A stretch of 64,000 bases of DNA from Candidatus Hydrothermia bacterium (GCA_049719805.1 JBNARF010000002.1:342628-406627), one strand, 5' to 3'; shown: positions 19,901 through 28,506, counted from the stretch's first letter. Numbers and translations: made by a program. Notes: generated by a model from the letters alone, not told the origin.

Positions 19901-20262
19901 TTTTTTGTCGGTCCGTAGTTCTGAGACTCAAGCTGTTCTTTTACTCTTTGTGCAATTTTTACCGCGTCATCCAGAGGTACATCAGGTAAGATTATTACGA
20001 ACTCGTCTCCTCCATATCTGAATATCAGGTCAGATTCTCTAAGAAAGTTCCTCATATTTTCTGCAAATTGTCTAAGAACCTCATCGCCCACCTGGTGTCC
20101 AAAATTGTCGTTTATCATTTTGAAGAAATCCATGTCCACGAAGACAAGACAGAGTGGTAAACCTTTTCGCTTCGCTCTTGAGATTTCTTCGTTTAGCCTG
20201 AAAAAGAAGTAGTTCCTGTGATAAAGACCTGTTAATGGATCGTGCAGATAAATCTCAGCCAT
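16903..20262 (-). CDS. diguanylate cyclase (N-terminal GGDEF) fused to an AAA_16/STAND-like module with a degenerate P-loop and a long C-terminal TPR array
   Basis: DPLTGLYHRNYF at aa 8, RESD I-site 5 residues before GGDEF (aa 84-88), IIGRETE...GMKGIGIT (aa 212-219), GGRPFYINKL, then about 600 aa of TPR-like helical repeats. Confidence 0.85.
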   Translation of the reverse strand: MAEIYLHDPLTGLYHRNYFFFRLNEEISRAKRKGLPLCLVFVDMDFFKMINDNFGHQVGDEVLRQFAENMRNFLRESDLIFRYGGDEFVIILPDVPLDDAVKIAQRVKEQLESQNYGPTKNLKISISMGISQFPIDGLTADELLKTADERALNSKKMGRGKIVTKSEPKEEILDLSLSNLRIIGRETEINAFTKLLNDFRNSNRRFIAILRGMKGIGITRIIEEIGKISKLLDIEFIKVTIEEKDLLSPFPLIKALLREILTPEFVKELDENQKRVVGAILPELVQDEVTLTISELKLLSITLEILKKLEPKHTVIAIDNGHLMTQKCTKTLVNILKDELTRNISFIISKRSKNFLEEALKGVYGELHFFDITPLKREEVKTILWQLLRVDPPDEFIDWVMVKTGGRPFYINKLLNTLLISRKIIPHEDHFLITDSYYVDTENFLLPLVEELAGLTPQEKEVIDYCALYNMDFTTSIISAITNYPPNQLLEIFENLTRNGYIEEIIPYNLYRFTSPFIREIIISQIPKEKRISMHYKIVRALEENPEETYRLSPNVLYEHYIESGMENKAIPYLELLVKNEIKQRNFKKAIIHIQRIFNIAEHRLTIAEKISLLRNWALCLRYEGEYHESMQKLNQALELAQKYAEKYQEALIRLDIAWIQHEKQYQTDLLLNVQEIEKLANELGDKDILSNALIFKALYYLDFQKNLTEAILILEEIPELQKEEENHEILAKAYANLGKCYRQLRKYDKALSYLESAIYHARLTDKPDYLAAIMHNYATLQYAVQDLERARITHEKALEIIRRENLKHLLHHSYYNLAMIYVNYGEYTLAINYLERAIENCEELGLTKDILAFKAIFHGVKAYLGDYRYHAEKLEEILDTSQKENYPFAFERAASYLIPVYTMLGDITSLKRIAKHISTCKDPRTKKIAIASISEALVVFSQNPEEYIGILLPLLKESVALQDLLSELAISTSMYALSLLSKSQVEIDLESILQRAKSSHLMKQYFDILLFELIFGKFHQKQLVELKNNESRLNLKQKLLLRIAEIRGLLISHELEKAEKTISETADLIQKTENKYCEVVMYRMLAEELKNKKVDVSQFYTDKLSQLLYSDLKELALS

Positions 20263-20279
20263 AACAACTTATTAGAATT

Positions 20280-20308
20280 ATTCTATTGTCATTTTTGGGG
20301 AAAGTCAA
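20280..20308 (-). promoter_or_regulatory. candidate promoter of the GGDEF-STAND-TPR gene
   Basis: On the minus strand, TTGACT (20308-20303), 17 nt, TAGAAT (20285-20280). The ATG lies 17 nt downstream with no SD. Confidence 0.45.
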
Positions 20309-20319
20309 TTCTTGTCAAT

Positions 20320-20607
20320 ATGGTTTATAATTACAGTGTGTCAATTAAAATTAAGATAAGAGTAACGCCCGGCGCAAAGAAATACGGTATTGAATTTGAT
20401 GAAAAAAAAGATTTTTTTATTGTTTCGGTAAAAGAACCTGCGACGGATAATCTTGCAAACAGAGCTTTGGTGGAAATGTTTTCACGTAGGCTGGGTTTAC
20501 CAAAGGAGAAAGTAAAGATTATTAAAGGCTTCAGAGAGCCCCGCAAAATTCTGGAAATTCTGGAAGAGCTGGATTTTTCCGAGATCAAAAGGAGGCTTCT
20601 TGGATGA
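20320..20607 (+). CDS. DUF167 (YggU-like) protein
   Basis: IKIRVTPGAKK...LANRALVEMFSRRLGLPKEKVKIIKG matches the YggU family pattern. Start taken at ATG 20320. The track GTG 20242 would overlap the divergent gene. Confidence 0.7.
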   Translation: MVYNYSVSIKIKIRVTPGAKKYGIEFDEKKDFFIVSVKEPATDNLANRALVEMFSRRLGLPKEKVKIIKGFREPRKILEILEELDFSEIKRRLLG

Positions 20608-21146
20608 CTTTCCTCATTAATATTTTTTTAGTTTTCTCTATTCAAGTAGTTGATTCTGTCGTCCTCTATAGGTTTAGAAGCGCGACTTTATCGCCTTTTT
20701 CTGACTTCACTTTCAAAGGCTTATCTTATTCTGCAAACACGGAAGTCATACTCACCGGTTCCCTAATTTACTGGTCATTCTCTGAAAGAAGGGATTTAAA
20801 TTTAATGAAATCCTATACTGCGGGACTTATATCCTCTTCGATTATAACTCAGTCGTTGAAATTTGTCGTGGGCAGGACAAGACCCGATGGTGAAAATTCC
20901 CGGACGAATTCTTCTTTTCCATCCGGTCATTCCGCAGTAGCTTTTTACGTTGCAGGGTATTTTAGCGGTATTTACCCTAAGTACAGAATTCCTCTCTACA
21001 CCTGGGCCTGTGGTGTTGCCCTCTCTCGGGTATATCTGAAAAGGCATTGGCCTTCGGATGTGATAGCCGGAGCAATAATAGGATGGGGAACTGCGAAGTT
21101 TTTTTACCGTCATAAAGACTGGTTTAGCAAAGTTTCTATTTTTTAA
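20604..21146 (+). CDS. PAP2-family membrane phosphatase
   Basis: Three PAP2 motifs: KFVVGRTRP, PSGHS, SRVYLKRHWPSDV. AAGGAGG SD; ATGA overlap with the DUF167 gene. Confidence 0.85.
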   Translation: MTFLINIFLVFSIQVVDSVVLYRFRSATLSPFSDFTFKGLSYSANTEVILTGSLIYWSFSERRDLNLMKSYTAGLISSSIITQSLKFVVGRTRPDGENSRTNSSFPSGHSAVAFYVAGYFSGIYPKYRIPLYTWACGVALSRVYLKRHWPSDVIAGAIIGWGTAKFFYRHKDWFSKVSIF

Positions 21147-21495
21147 AAAAAAGCTGAATCCCTATTAGGATTAAAAATATAGCAAAGGCCTTTCTAAGAG
21201 TATTAGGATCGATACGTTGTGCTAATGTTCCACCCAAAAGCCCCCCTAAAAGTAGGCCAAAAGCTATAGTGAGGCCCAATTTTAGATCGCAGTTTCCTGC
21301 TTTATAGTATTGGATAAATGCTAAAATTCCAACAGGTAAAAGTAGAGCAGCAAGCGATGTACCCTGGGCCTTGTGCTGGGGCATTTTGAAGAAGTAAATT
21401 AATATAGGAGTTATGACCGTGGCACCGCCCACTCCAAAAAATCCACTTATGATACCTGCAATAATTCCAATCAAGATTCCATAAAGAATCATCAT
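21136..21495 (-). CDS. half-size TauE/SafE (DUF81) family anion-exporter-like membrane protein
   Basis: 119 aa with about 4 TM helices. GFFGVGGATVITPIL and AQGTSLAA resemble TauE motifs. Confidence 0.65.
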   Translation of the reverse strand: MMILYGILIGIIAGIISGFFGVGGATVITPILIYFFKMPQHKAQGTSLAALLLPVGILAFIQYYKAGNCDLKLGLTIAFGLLLGGLLGGTLAQRIDPNTLRKAFAIFLILIGIQLFFKK

Positions 21496-21536
21496 ATCAA
21501 TGGCCTTATAATAAAGTTTTGGGATTGTAATTTAAA

Positions 21537-24500
21537 ATGATAAAACCGGAAAGGAGAAAAGTCGCAGTACTTTTCGCTGATATAAAGGGTTTTACGACCC
21601 TTTCGGAGTTTTTGGATCCCGAAGATTTGCAAGAGTTAGTAGATACGATATTTAGAGATTTCAGATATATTATTGAAAGTAATGGGGGATATTTAGATAA
21701 GATTATTGGAGACGCAATAATGGCGGTGTTTGGAGTACCATCCTCCAAGGGGGACGATACCAGGAGAGCTGTTTTGACCGCTTTACAGATGCAGGACACT
21801 CTCCGAAGAATAAATGAGGAGAAGAAGATTGATATTAAACTTAGAATAGGAATTAATTATGGTGAAGTTCTATGGTCTTCCATTGCTGGTGAAAAACCTA
21901 CTGTGATTGGAGATACCGTAAATGTAGCGCAAAGGGTGGAGGAGTTAGTGGAACCAGGTAGAGTTTTCGTTACAGAGTCAATTTACCAACTGGAGTACAG
22001 AAATTTTTATTTTGTTGAAGTTGGTCTTTTTAAGCTAAGAGGGCGGGATGAACCGGTTAAGGTCTTTGAAGTATTGAGCGAGAAAATACATGTCAATGAG
22101 TTTTCCATAAGGGGAAGATTTGTTACACCATTTACTGGTAGGGTCTTAGAGATGGAAGATCTATTAAGTTGGTTTAAATTCATAATGGAGAATCCAAAGA
22201 TATACTCTTTAATTTTGTGGGGGGAAGCCGGTATTGGAAAGACGCGTTTTTCCTCTGAGTTCAATAATGTTATTAACGACAATTTTAAAGATTTAAAAAC
22301 ATTTTTAGTGAAGTGTGATCCTGTGAAGCAAAGGCCATTTTACGTGCTTAAAGCTCTAATGGGGTTTTTGCTGGAAGAGATGTTTGGCAAAGAATATGCA
22401 CTACCGAAGGTTATAGACGTTTTTGTAAATGACTTTGGGATTTTAGAGGTGGAAGCGGAAATTCTCGCGAGGAGAATAGAACTCTTTTTGAAGGGAGAAT
22501 TAACTTTAACACAGTCTGATATTTTATTGGAATTTATATCCCAGATCAAAGTTATTTTAGAAAATTTTGCCAGGAATAGAAGAGGAGTTGTAATTTTTAT
22601 AGACGATTCACAATATGCTGATTCTGAAACTCTTGAATTCTTTAGTAGACTCAAAAAGGAAGAGTTCGATACCCTTATTCTCTTATTTTTCTCTTCAAGG
22701 GAGAAATTAATGTTTCTTGATTTTGACAAAGAGATCCAGCTTTCAGGTCTTGGTGAGGATTTCATTAGAGAGGTATGTGTTACGATCCTGGGAGTTGAGA
22801 AAGAGAATATATCCAGGGATTTTATATCCTGGATAGAGGCCAAAACCAGAGGCAATCCTTATTTTGTTGAGGAACTTGTGTATTATCTTAAAACTAAAGA
22901 CCTTCTGGACTTAAACCCTCTTCGTTTAAAATCTGAGGATGTTAGCGTGCCAGAATCCGTTTCCGGGGTGCTTCTGAGTTTAGTAGATGAGTTGCAAGAA
23001 GATGTTAGAGAGGTGATAAAAACTGCATCGGTGGTCGGAAAGAATTTCTGGAAGAATTTTCTCGAAAGAATATTGAGACGGAGTATTGAGTATGAACTTT
23101 CAATTCTTGTAAAAGAGGGTTTAATTGTTCCTCAGATTCAGTCCTACCTGAAGGATGATGAAGAATATACCTTCAGGAACGACCTTTTGAGAGAAAGTGT
23201 TTATTCGCTTCTAACGAAAAAGGAAAAAGAGAATCTCCACAAAATAGTTGCTGAAGAATTGGAAAGGATTACCGAAAAAGATGAGCACTTGCTTTATCTT
23301 ACTGCATGCAATTTCGACAAGGCTGCCAACCGAGAAAAAGCTCATTATTATTATGAATTAGCCGGGGATAAGGCGTTTTTAAAAGGATACTATTCATATG
23401 CTCTAAAGGCTTATGAAGCCATAGAACCAAATGAGGAAATTTTCTATAAAATAGCACAGTGTCTGGAAGGGCTCGGTGAATTTGAGAAGTCCAAAGAAAT
23501 AATCCTGTGCAATTTAGAGAGGCTTGAGGAAAACTCTTTGTTGAGAACAAAATTCGAAATTCTTTTGTCGGGCATCCTGGAAAAAGAACATAAGTTTCAG
23601 GAAGCTTTTAATTTCCTTGAGAGGGCATCAAATTCAGAGGATCCTGATTTAAGAGCTTATGCTATTTATAAAAAAGCATGGGTCTACTTCCGCATGGGAG
23701 ATTACGAGAAGGCAATGGAATTTGCTCATGCAAGTATGAAAATCATAGAAGATTTTGGGTTAAGTTCACGGGATGCCATCAAAACATTGGGGGCTTGTTT
23801 CACATTGCTTGGAATAATAAATCAGTCAAAGGGAGATGAGAAAAATCTGATGGATGCTCTTGAATATTATGAGAAAGCAAGGATTCTCTTTGAAGAAATA
23901 GGCGAGGTAATTTCACAGGCCAAAATTCTTATTAATATTAGTCAAATTCTTCTGGCTTTACAAAAATATACGGAAGCTGAAAGTTACCTTCAAGAATCTT
24001 TTGAGGTGGTCAAAAAATCTGGTAGTAGATTTCTAATGGCTGTTGTTTTAAATAATTTAGGCAGGGTTTACTACAACTCGAGGAAACATGTTGAGAAGGC
24101 AAGAGAATATTATCATGAAGCCTATAATATCTTTCGAAGTCTAAATTTGCAAGATTATTGTATTGACACTGGATTTAATCTGGCCGGATTTTTAATAGAG
24201 CAGGGCGAATATGATAAGGCACAAGAAATACTAGATAATATTTCAAAGAATGCACATGAACTTAATCAGTATAGGCGTGGGCTTTTCTATATACTGGGTG
24301 CCTTACTTTTCTTCAGGAGTGGGCTATATGATCAGGCTTTGTCTTATTTTGAGAAAGCGCAAAGTATATACGAAAGTTTAAGTAGTAAGGACAGGATATT
24401 TCAGGTAAAAACTTATCTTGGAGCTATAGCATACCTCAGGGGCGACGAAGGTTCTGCAATAAGTTATGTACTGGATGCTCTAAATTTCCTGACTGAGGCA

Positions 24501-24860
24501 GATGTAAAGATTCCGCGCGTTGTTGACTCATTGATTGTGAACGGATTAGTCCAGTTTTTATGCCGAAGAAAGATAGAATTTCCTGAATTTGTGGATATTG
24601 AAGCATTTAGAGAAGAAGTTCGCTATCATGCCATGGACATCAAACTTTCCTGGACCGTTCTTCTGAAATTCACGAAAAATAAAGGTATATCAGAATTAGG
24701 AGATTTATTTACCAGAGAGCAATTAAAAGACCTTCATGTCTCTCAGAATTTTCCGTTTTTTGAGGAAGCGCAGGATTTATCTGGATTTCTTAAACTCCTC
24801 GATTCATGGAACGCCGTTTTGCTGAAAAAGTTAATCCTTGCTATAAACCGTTTGACTTAG
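21537..24860 (+). CDS. class III adenylate/guanylate cyclase (N-terminal) fused to an AAA_16/STAND ATPase and a C-terminal TPR array
   Basis: VAVLFADIKGFT, DKIIGDAIMAVFG and GDTVNVAQR are cyclase catalytic motifs. Intact Walker A GEAGIGKT (22221-22244) and Walker B VIFIDDSQYAD. RGNPYFVEEL, then TPR-like repeats. Confidence 0.85.
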   Translation: MIKPERRKVAVLFADIKGFTTLSEFLDPEDLQELVDTIFRDFRYIIESNGGYLDKIIGDAIMAVFGVPSSKGDDTRRAVLTALQMQDTLRRINEEKKIDIKLRIGINYGEVLWSSIAGEKPTVIGDTVNVAQRVEELVEPGRVFVTESIYQLEYRNFYFVEVGLFKLRGRDEPVKVFEVLSEKIHVNEFSIRGRFVTPFTGRVLEMEDLLSWFKFIMENPKIYSLILWGEAGIGKTRFSSEFNNVINDNFKDLKTFLVKCDPVKQRPFYVLKALMGFLLEEMFGKEYALPKVIDVFVNDFGILEVEAEILARRIELFLKGELTLTQSDILLEFISQIKVILENFARNRRGVVIFIDDSQYADSETLEFFSRLKKEEFDTLILLFFSSREKLMFLDFDKEIQLSGLGEDFIREVCVTILGVEKENISRDFISWIEAKTRGNPYFVEELVYYLKTKDLLDLNPLRLKSEDVSVPESVSGVLLSLVDELQEDVREVIKTASVVGKNFWKNFLERILRRSIEYELSILVKEGLIVPQIQSYLKDDEEYTFRNDLLRESVYSLLTKKEKENLHKIVAEELERITEKDEHLLYLTACNFDKAANREKAHYYYELAGDKAFLKGYYSYALKAYEAIEPNEEIFYKIAQCLEGLGEFEKSKEIILCNLERLEENSLLRTKFEILLSGILEKEHKFQEAFNFLERASNSEDPDLRAYAIYKKAWVYFRMGDYEKAMEFAHASMKIIEDFGLSSRDAIKTLGACFTLLGIINQSKGDEKNLMDALEYYEKARILFEEIGEVISQAKILINISQILLALQKYTEAESYLQESFEVVKKSGSRFLMAVVLNNLGRVYYNSRKHVEKAREYYHEAYNIFRSLNLQDYCIDTGFNLAGFLIEQGEYDKAQEILDNISKNAHELNQYRRGLFYILGALLFFRSGLYDQALSYFEKAQSIYESLSSKDRIFQVKTYLGAIAYLRGDEGSAISYVLDALNFLTEADVKIPRVVDSLIVNGLVQFLCRRKIEFPEFVDIEAFREEVRYHAMDIKLSWTVLLKFTKNKGISELGDLFTREQLKDLHVSQNFPFFEEAQDLSGFLKLLDSWNAVLLKKLILAINRLT

Positions 24861-24873
24861 TAACTTTTACAAT

Positions 24874-24902
24874 TTGACTATAGCTCAAGGTTAATATATA
24901 AT
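24874..24902 (+). promoter_or_regulatory. candidate promoter of the lipoprotein gene
   Basis: TTGACT (24874-24879), 17 nt, TATAAT (24897-24902), then AGGGAGG SD 7 nt before ATG 24923. Confidence 0.5.
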
Positions 24903-24922
24903 TTCCTAAGGGAGGTGACGTG

Positions 24923-25855
24923 ATGAAAAGGTTAATAATGTTGATGATGTTTTTTATATTTGTCCTATCCTTTTCATGTAAAAGGCCACAAAGTTATGAG
25001 GACGAAGCTGTAACTGCGGTGGGTGAAATTTCGGACGTTAATTCTGATGCTGATTCCAGTGAGGCTCAAGTTCAACTGGCTAAATTGCCTGAACCTGAAG
25101 GTATTCCCATTCTGGTTGGTATTGACAAGTCATTCTGGATTAAAGACCCCACAGATCCAACTCCATTATTACACATGGTTAACCTTTACACCAACCTTTA
25201 TTTAAGAAGCTCTTCCAGCTTTGGTGAATATTACTATGACACTTTGTATCGAACATGGGCGATGACTTCTCCAGATTTTCAAGGTGTAATACTTAACTGG
25301 ACAAATTCATCGGATTCTTATAAACTCATTTTCAAGGTTGAAAGGTATCAGGAGGTCTCTCAATATTTGCATGTAATAAAAGGTGGGATCGATTTCGTAA
25401 AAAACTCCACTGATACTTTGTATTCTTCAACTTTTGATTTAAATACCGAAACTTCTACTCTTAACCTTGTCTACAGTATACTGGATGTACTTACCGCCAA
25501 TGTAAGTGCTGTGCGTTCTGCAAAGTTTACACCATTTAATGGGGTTATAAACGGTGTAGTGGTGGGAAGAAACGGGAAATCCACTTTAATTGTAGATACC
25601 GTTAAATCAGACGATACCAGGAGAGTATCCGTCAGATTTGTGAGGTTAGGAATTGTTTTTGATATTAGAGCAAATGTTTCAGCCGCAAGTGCAGCCACAA
25701 ATGCACCCAGATACAGAGACATTTCCGGTGACTTTTATGCCAATGGGGCTCGTATAGGTAATGTTTCTGGTAGAAAATATGAATATGATACGCCCGAGCA
25801 CAAGAGCTTTTTACAGATTGAATTAAACTCTGGAAGGATAATCAGAATCTGGTAA
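24923..25855 (+). CDS. hypothetical lipoprotein with no family I recognise
   Basis: Signal peptide with lipobox LSFSC, then an acidic linker, then a Ser/Thr/Asn/Val-rich region that is probably beta-rich. Has its own promoter and SD. Confidence 0.6.
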   Translation: MKRLIMLMMFFIFVLSFSCKRPQSYEDEAVTAVGEISDVNSDADSSEAQVQLAKLPEPEGIPILVGIDKSFWIKDPTDPTPLLHMVNLYTNLYLRSSSSFGEYYYDTLYRTWAMTSPDFQGVILNWTNSSDSYKLIFKVERYQEVSQYLHVIKGGIDFVKNSTDTLYSSTFDLNTETSTLNLVYSILDVLTANVSAVRSAKFTPFNGVINGVVVGRNGKSTLIVDTVKSDDTRRVSVRFVRLGIVFDIRANVSAASAATNAPRYRDISGDFYANGARIGNVSGRKYEYDTPEHKSFLQIELNSGRIIRIW

Positions 25856-25870
25856 AATAAGAGTTGAAAA

Positions 25871-26269
25871 CTACTTAGCTTGCAATATTTTGAAAAGACC
25901 TTTTGCTTCAGCTAGTATTTCATGGTTATCGCTTACAATTTTAGAATTTGTAAAAGCCCAACCATTTCTCACATCATCGACAGCGCCTTCTATTGTGATG
26001 GTTTTTCCGATTTCCACCGGTTTTTTAAATTTTATTTCGAGCTTTGCAGTAACGCCCATAAGACCCATAGAGGCAACGGCATGCGCCATGGCCTCATCCA
26101 TGAGGGTTGCCAGGATACCACCATGCACAATATCCTTATAACCCTGGAGGGTTTTATCCGGGGTATATTTTATGACGGCTTTTTTATCACCCCTCTCAAT
26201 TTTGAGCTTTAATCCTCTTGGATTTTCCTGACCGCAAGCGAAACAGTATTTGTCGTCTTCCAATATCAT
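25871..26269 (-). CDS. PaaI/hotdog-fold acyl-CoA thioesterase
   Basis: CFACGQENPRGLKL N-terminus and HGGILATLMDEAMAHA, typical of PaaI-type thioesterases. Confidence 0.75.
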   Translation of the reverse strand: MILEDDKYCFACGQENPRGLKLKIERGDKKAVIKYTPDKTLQGYKDIVHGGILATLMDEAMAHAVASMGLMGVTAKLEIKFKKPVEIGKTITIEGAVDDVRNGWAFTNSKIVSDNHEILAEAKGLFKILQAK

Positions 26270-26748
26270 TTATCTTTAAGGAACCGCCAGCGTGAAAATT
26301 TAAATATTAACTTTTTCTGGTCATCGTCCAGCTCAAGTCTTTGGGGAAAATAGTCCTTTGTTATTAGCTTTAAGTAATTGAAGTTTTCGCTGTCTTTGGG
26401 GTACAAAAATAGAATTGAGTCATTAATGACAATGTTGTAGCTTATAGTATCTTCAAAGAAACTAAAATTTAAGAATTTCATTGCTTGATCTGATAAGGGT
26501 TCTTTGCTTACTTTTCCATTTGTTTCCACAAATAGAGTGTCTTTGATAATTTTATAAACCTCACGAGAGGGTTTCTTGATTTCAAAGGTAACAGTATTAT
26601 TTTTTTTTGTAAGTGTACCGATAAATGTATCCTGAGAGGCGATATCTTTATAGACTACAATTTCCTGGAAATCACATGCAAAATTTTTGTATGAAAATGA
26701 TTTTAAAGAGTCTATACTTAATCCAAGTAGGAAAAGAAAGCTAAGCAT
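26266..26748 (-). CDS. hypothetical exported protein (possibly a LolA-like fold)
   Basis: N-terminal signal-like segment and a beta-rich sequence. The LolA-like assignment is only an impression. Overlaps the thioesterase start by 4 nt. Confidence 0.45.
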   Translation of the reverse strand: MLSFLFLLGLSIDSLKSFSYKNFACDFQEIVVYKDIASQDTFIGTLTKKNNTVTFEIKKPSREVYKIIKDTLFVETNGKVSKEPLSDQAMKFLNFSFFEDTISYNIVINDSILFLYPKDSENFNYLKLITKDYFPQRLELDDDQKKLIFKFSRWRFLKDK

Positions 26749-26751
26749 TTT

Positions 26752-27618
26752 CTATAATATCTCTTTCAATAAAATTGCAACTTCTTGGGGTTCCTTTGCC
26801 ACCTGAACTCCAGCTTCATTAAAAGCTTTTATCTTTTCTTCTGCAGTTCCTTCGCTTCCAGAAATTATTGCACCTGCGTGTCCCATTCTTTTTTCCTTGG
26901 GAGCAGTTCTTCCTGCAATGAAAGCAACAACGGGTTTTCCAAATTCGTTCTTTATGTATCTCGCTGCCTCTTGCTCGTCAGTACCTCCAATTTCTCCAAC
27001 GAGAACCACGGCTTTAGTTTCAGGATCATCTTTGAACAGCTTGAGTAGATCTATGAATTTTGTTCCAATAATTGGATCACCCCCTATCCCGACGGCTGTT
27101 GATTGACCAATGCCGTTGGCGGTTAAATGGCTTACTATCTCATAAGTTAAGGTTCCACTTCTTGATATTACACCGACATTGCCTCTTTTAAATATATGAC
27201 CTGGTAAAATTCCAACCTTTGCCTCTCCAGGTGTAATAAGTCCTGGACAGTTCGGGCCAATTAATCTTGCCCCTTTTTCCTGAACATAATGGACTACTTT
27301 AACCATGTCTTGTACAGGGATTCCCTCAGTAATGGCCACGATCAATTTAACACCTGCATCTGCTGCCTCTAAAATGGCATCAGCAGCAAAGGGGGCGGGC
27401 ACAAAAATACAGGAAACATCTACACCTTCCTTTTCAACTGCTTCTCTTACTGTATTGAACACGGGTATTCCCTCAACTAACTGACCACCTTTTCCCGGCG
27501 TAACTCCTGCCACCACTTTTGTTCCATATTCTTTCATTAATTTTGCATGAAAGGAACCGTCTCTTCCAGTGATGCCCTGAACCACAACTCTTGAATCCTT
27601 ATTTATAAGTATTGCCAT
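26752..27618 (-). CDS. sucD: succinyl-CoA ligase (ADP/GDP-forming) alpha subunit
   Basis: [23 protein letters not shown], and GHAGAII containing the catalytic His. AAGGAGGA SD. Confidence 0.93.
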   Translation of the reverse strand: MAILINKDSRVVVQGITGRDGSFHAKLMKEYGTKVVAGVTPGKGGQLVEGIPVFNTVREAVEKEGVDVSCIFVPAPFAADAILEAADAGVKLIVAITEGIPVQDMVKVVHYVQEKGARLIGPNCPGLITPGEAKVGILPGHIFKRGNVGVISRSGTLTYEIVSHLTANGIGQSTAVGIGGDPIIGTKFIDLLKLFKDDPETKAVVLVGEIGGTDEQEAARYIKNEFGKPVVAFIAGRTAPKEKRMGHAGAIISGSEGTAEEKIKAFNEAGVQVAKEPQEVAILLKEIL

Positions 27619-27627
27619 ATTTCCTCC

Positions 27628-27656
27628 TTGCTTATCCCTACGTCATATTTGATAAT
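27628..27656 (+). promoter_or_regulatory. candidate promoter giving a leaderless nadC mRNA
   Basis: TTGCTT (27628-27633), 17 nt, GATAAT (27651-27656), 7 nt, ATG 27664. No SD. Confidence 0.4.
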
Positions 27657-27663
27657 TATAACG

Positions 27664-28506
27664 ATGGAGCATAGAATTTTAAAGAAGCTATTAGAATATC
27701 TTGAAGAGGATATACCTTTTGGGGATATTACTGGTGATCTTATTCCCGAGGACAAAGTAGCAAAGGCGCGAATTGAAGCACGTGAAAATTTTAAGGTCTT
27801 TGGGCTTAAATATGCGAGGTTGTTAATGGAATATTTCGATTTGAAAGTTAGACTTTCAAAATCCGACGAAGAATGGGTTAAAAGAGGCGATGTTCTAATC
27901 GAGGTTGAGGGAAATGCAAGAAAAATATTGATGCTCGAAAGAACCGTTTTAAATCTTATCAGTAGATTGTCAGGAATCACCACGCAGGTGGCTTATTTCG
28001 TAATAAAAGCCAAAAATATTAATAAAGATGTTATCATTGCTTGCACAAGGAAAACCACTCCAGGTTTGAGATATTTCGAAAAAATGGCTGTGAAGGCAGG
28101 CGGTGGAGATACTCATCGTTTTTCATTATCAGATTGTGTTATGATAAAGGATAATCATCTTAAGGTTCTTGGTGGCATTGAGAATGCTATAAGAGAGGCA
28201 AAACGTTTGTCCAGTTTTGCCCATAAAATTGAAGTTGAAGTGGAAAATATTGAGGATGCAATAAAAGCCGCGGAATTTGGAGCTGATATAGTAATGCTGG
28301 ATAATATGTTGCCTGAAGAAGTCAAAAAAGTTGTAGAACTTTACAAGGAAAAGGGATACTCAGGTAAGGTGTTATTAGAGGCCTCAGGTGGAATTACTTT
28401 TGACAATATAGAAGATTATGTGGAAACAGGTGTAGATATTATTTCCTCAGGTTTTCTGATTTATGGTGCAAAATGGGTAGATATTTCCATGGAGTTCGAA
28501 ACATGA
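27664..28506 (+). CDS. nadC: nicotinate-nucleotide (quinolinate) pyrophosphorylase
   Basis: LEEDIPFGDITG, RTVLNLISRLSGI, CTRKTTPGLR, GGGDTHRF, MLDN and ASGGIT motifs. Confidence 0.9.
   Translation: MEHRILKKLLEYLEEDIPFGDITGDLIPEDKVAKARIEARENFKVFGLKYARLLMEYFDLKVRLSKSDEEWVKRGDVLIEVEGNARKILMLERTVLNLISRLSGITTQVAYFVIKAKNINKDVIIACTRKTTPGLRYFEKMAVKAGGGDTHRFSLSDCVMIKDNHLKVLGGIENAIREAKRLSSFAHKIEVEVENIEDAIKAAEFGADIVMLDNMLPEEVKKVVELYKEKGYSGKVLLEASGGITFDNIEDYVETGVDIISSGFLIYGAKWVDISMEFET

Noticed and set aside
22340-22855. 171-aa minus-strand ORF, plus ORFs at 22007 and 23299
   Set aside because: Antisense shadow ORFs within the cyclase-STAND-TPR gene.
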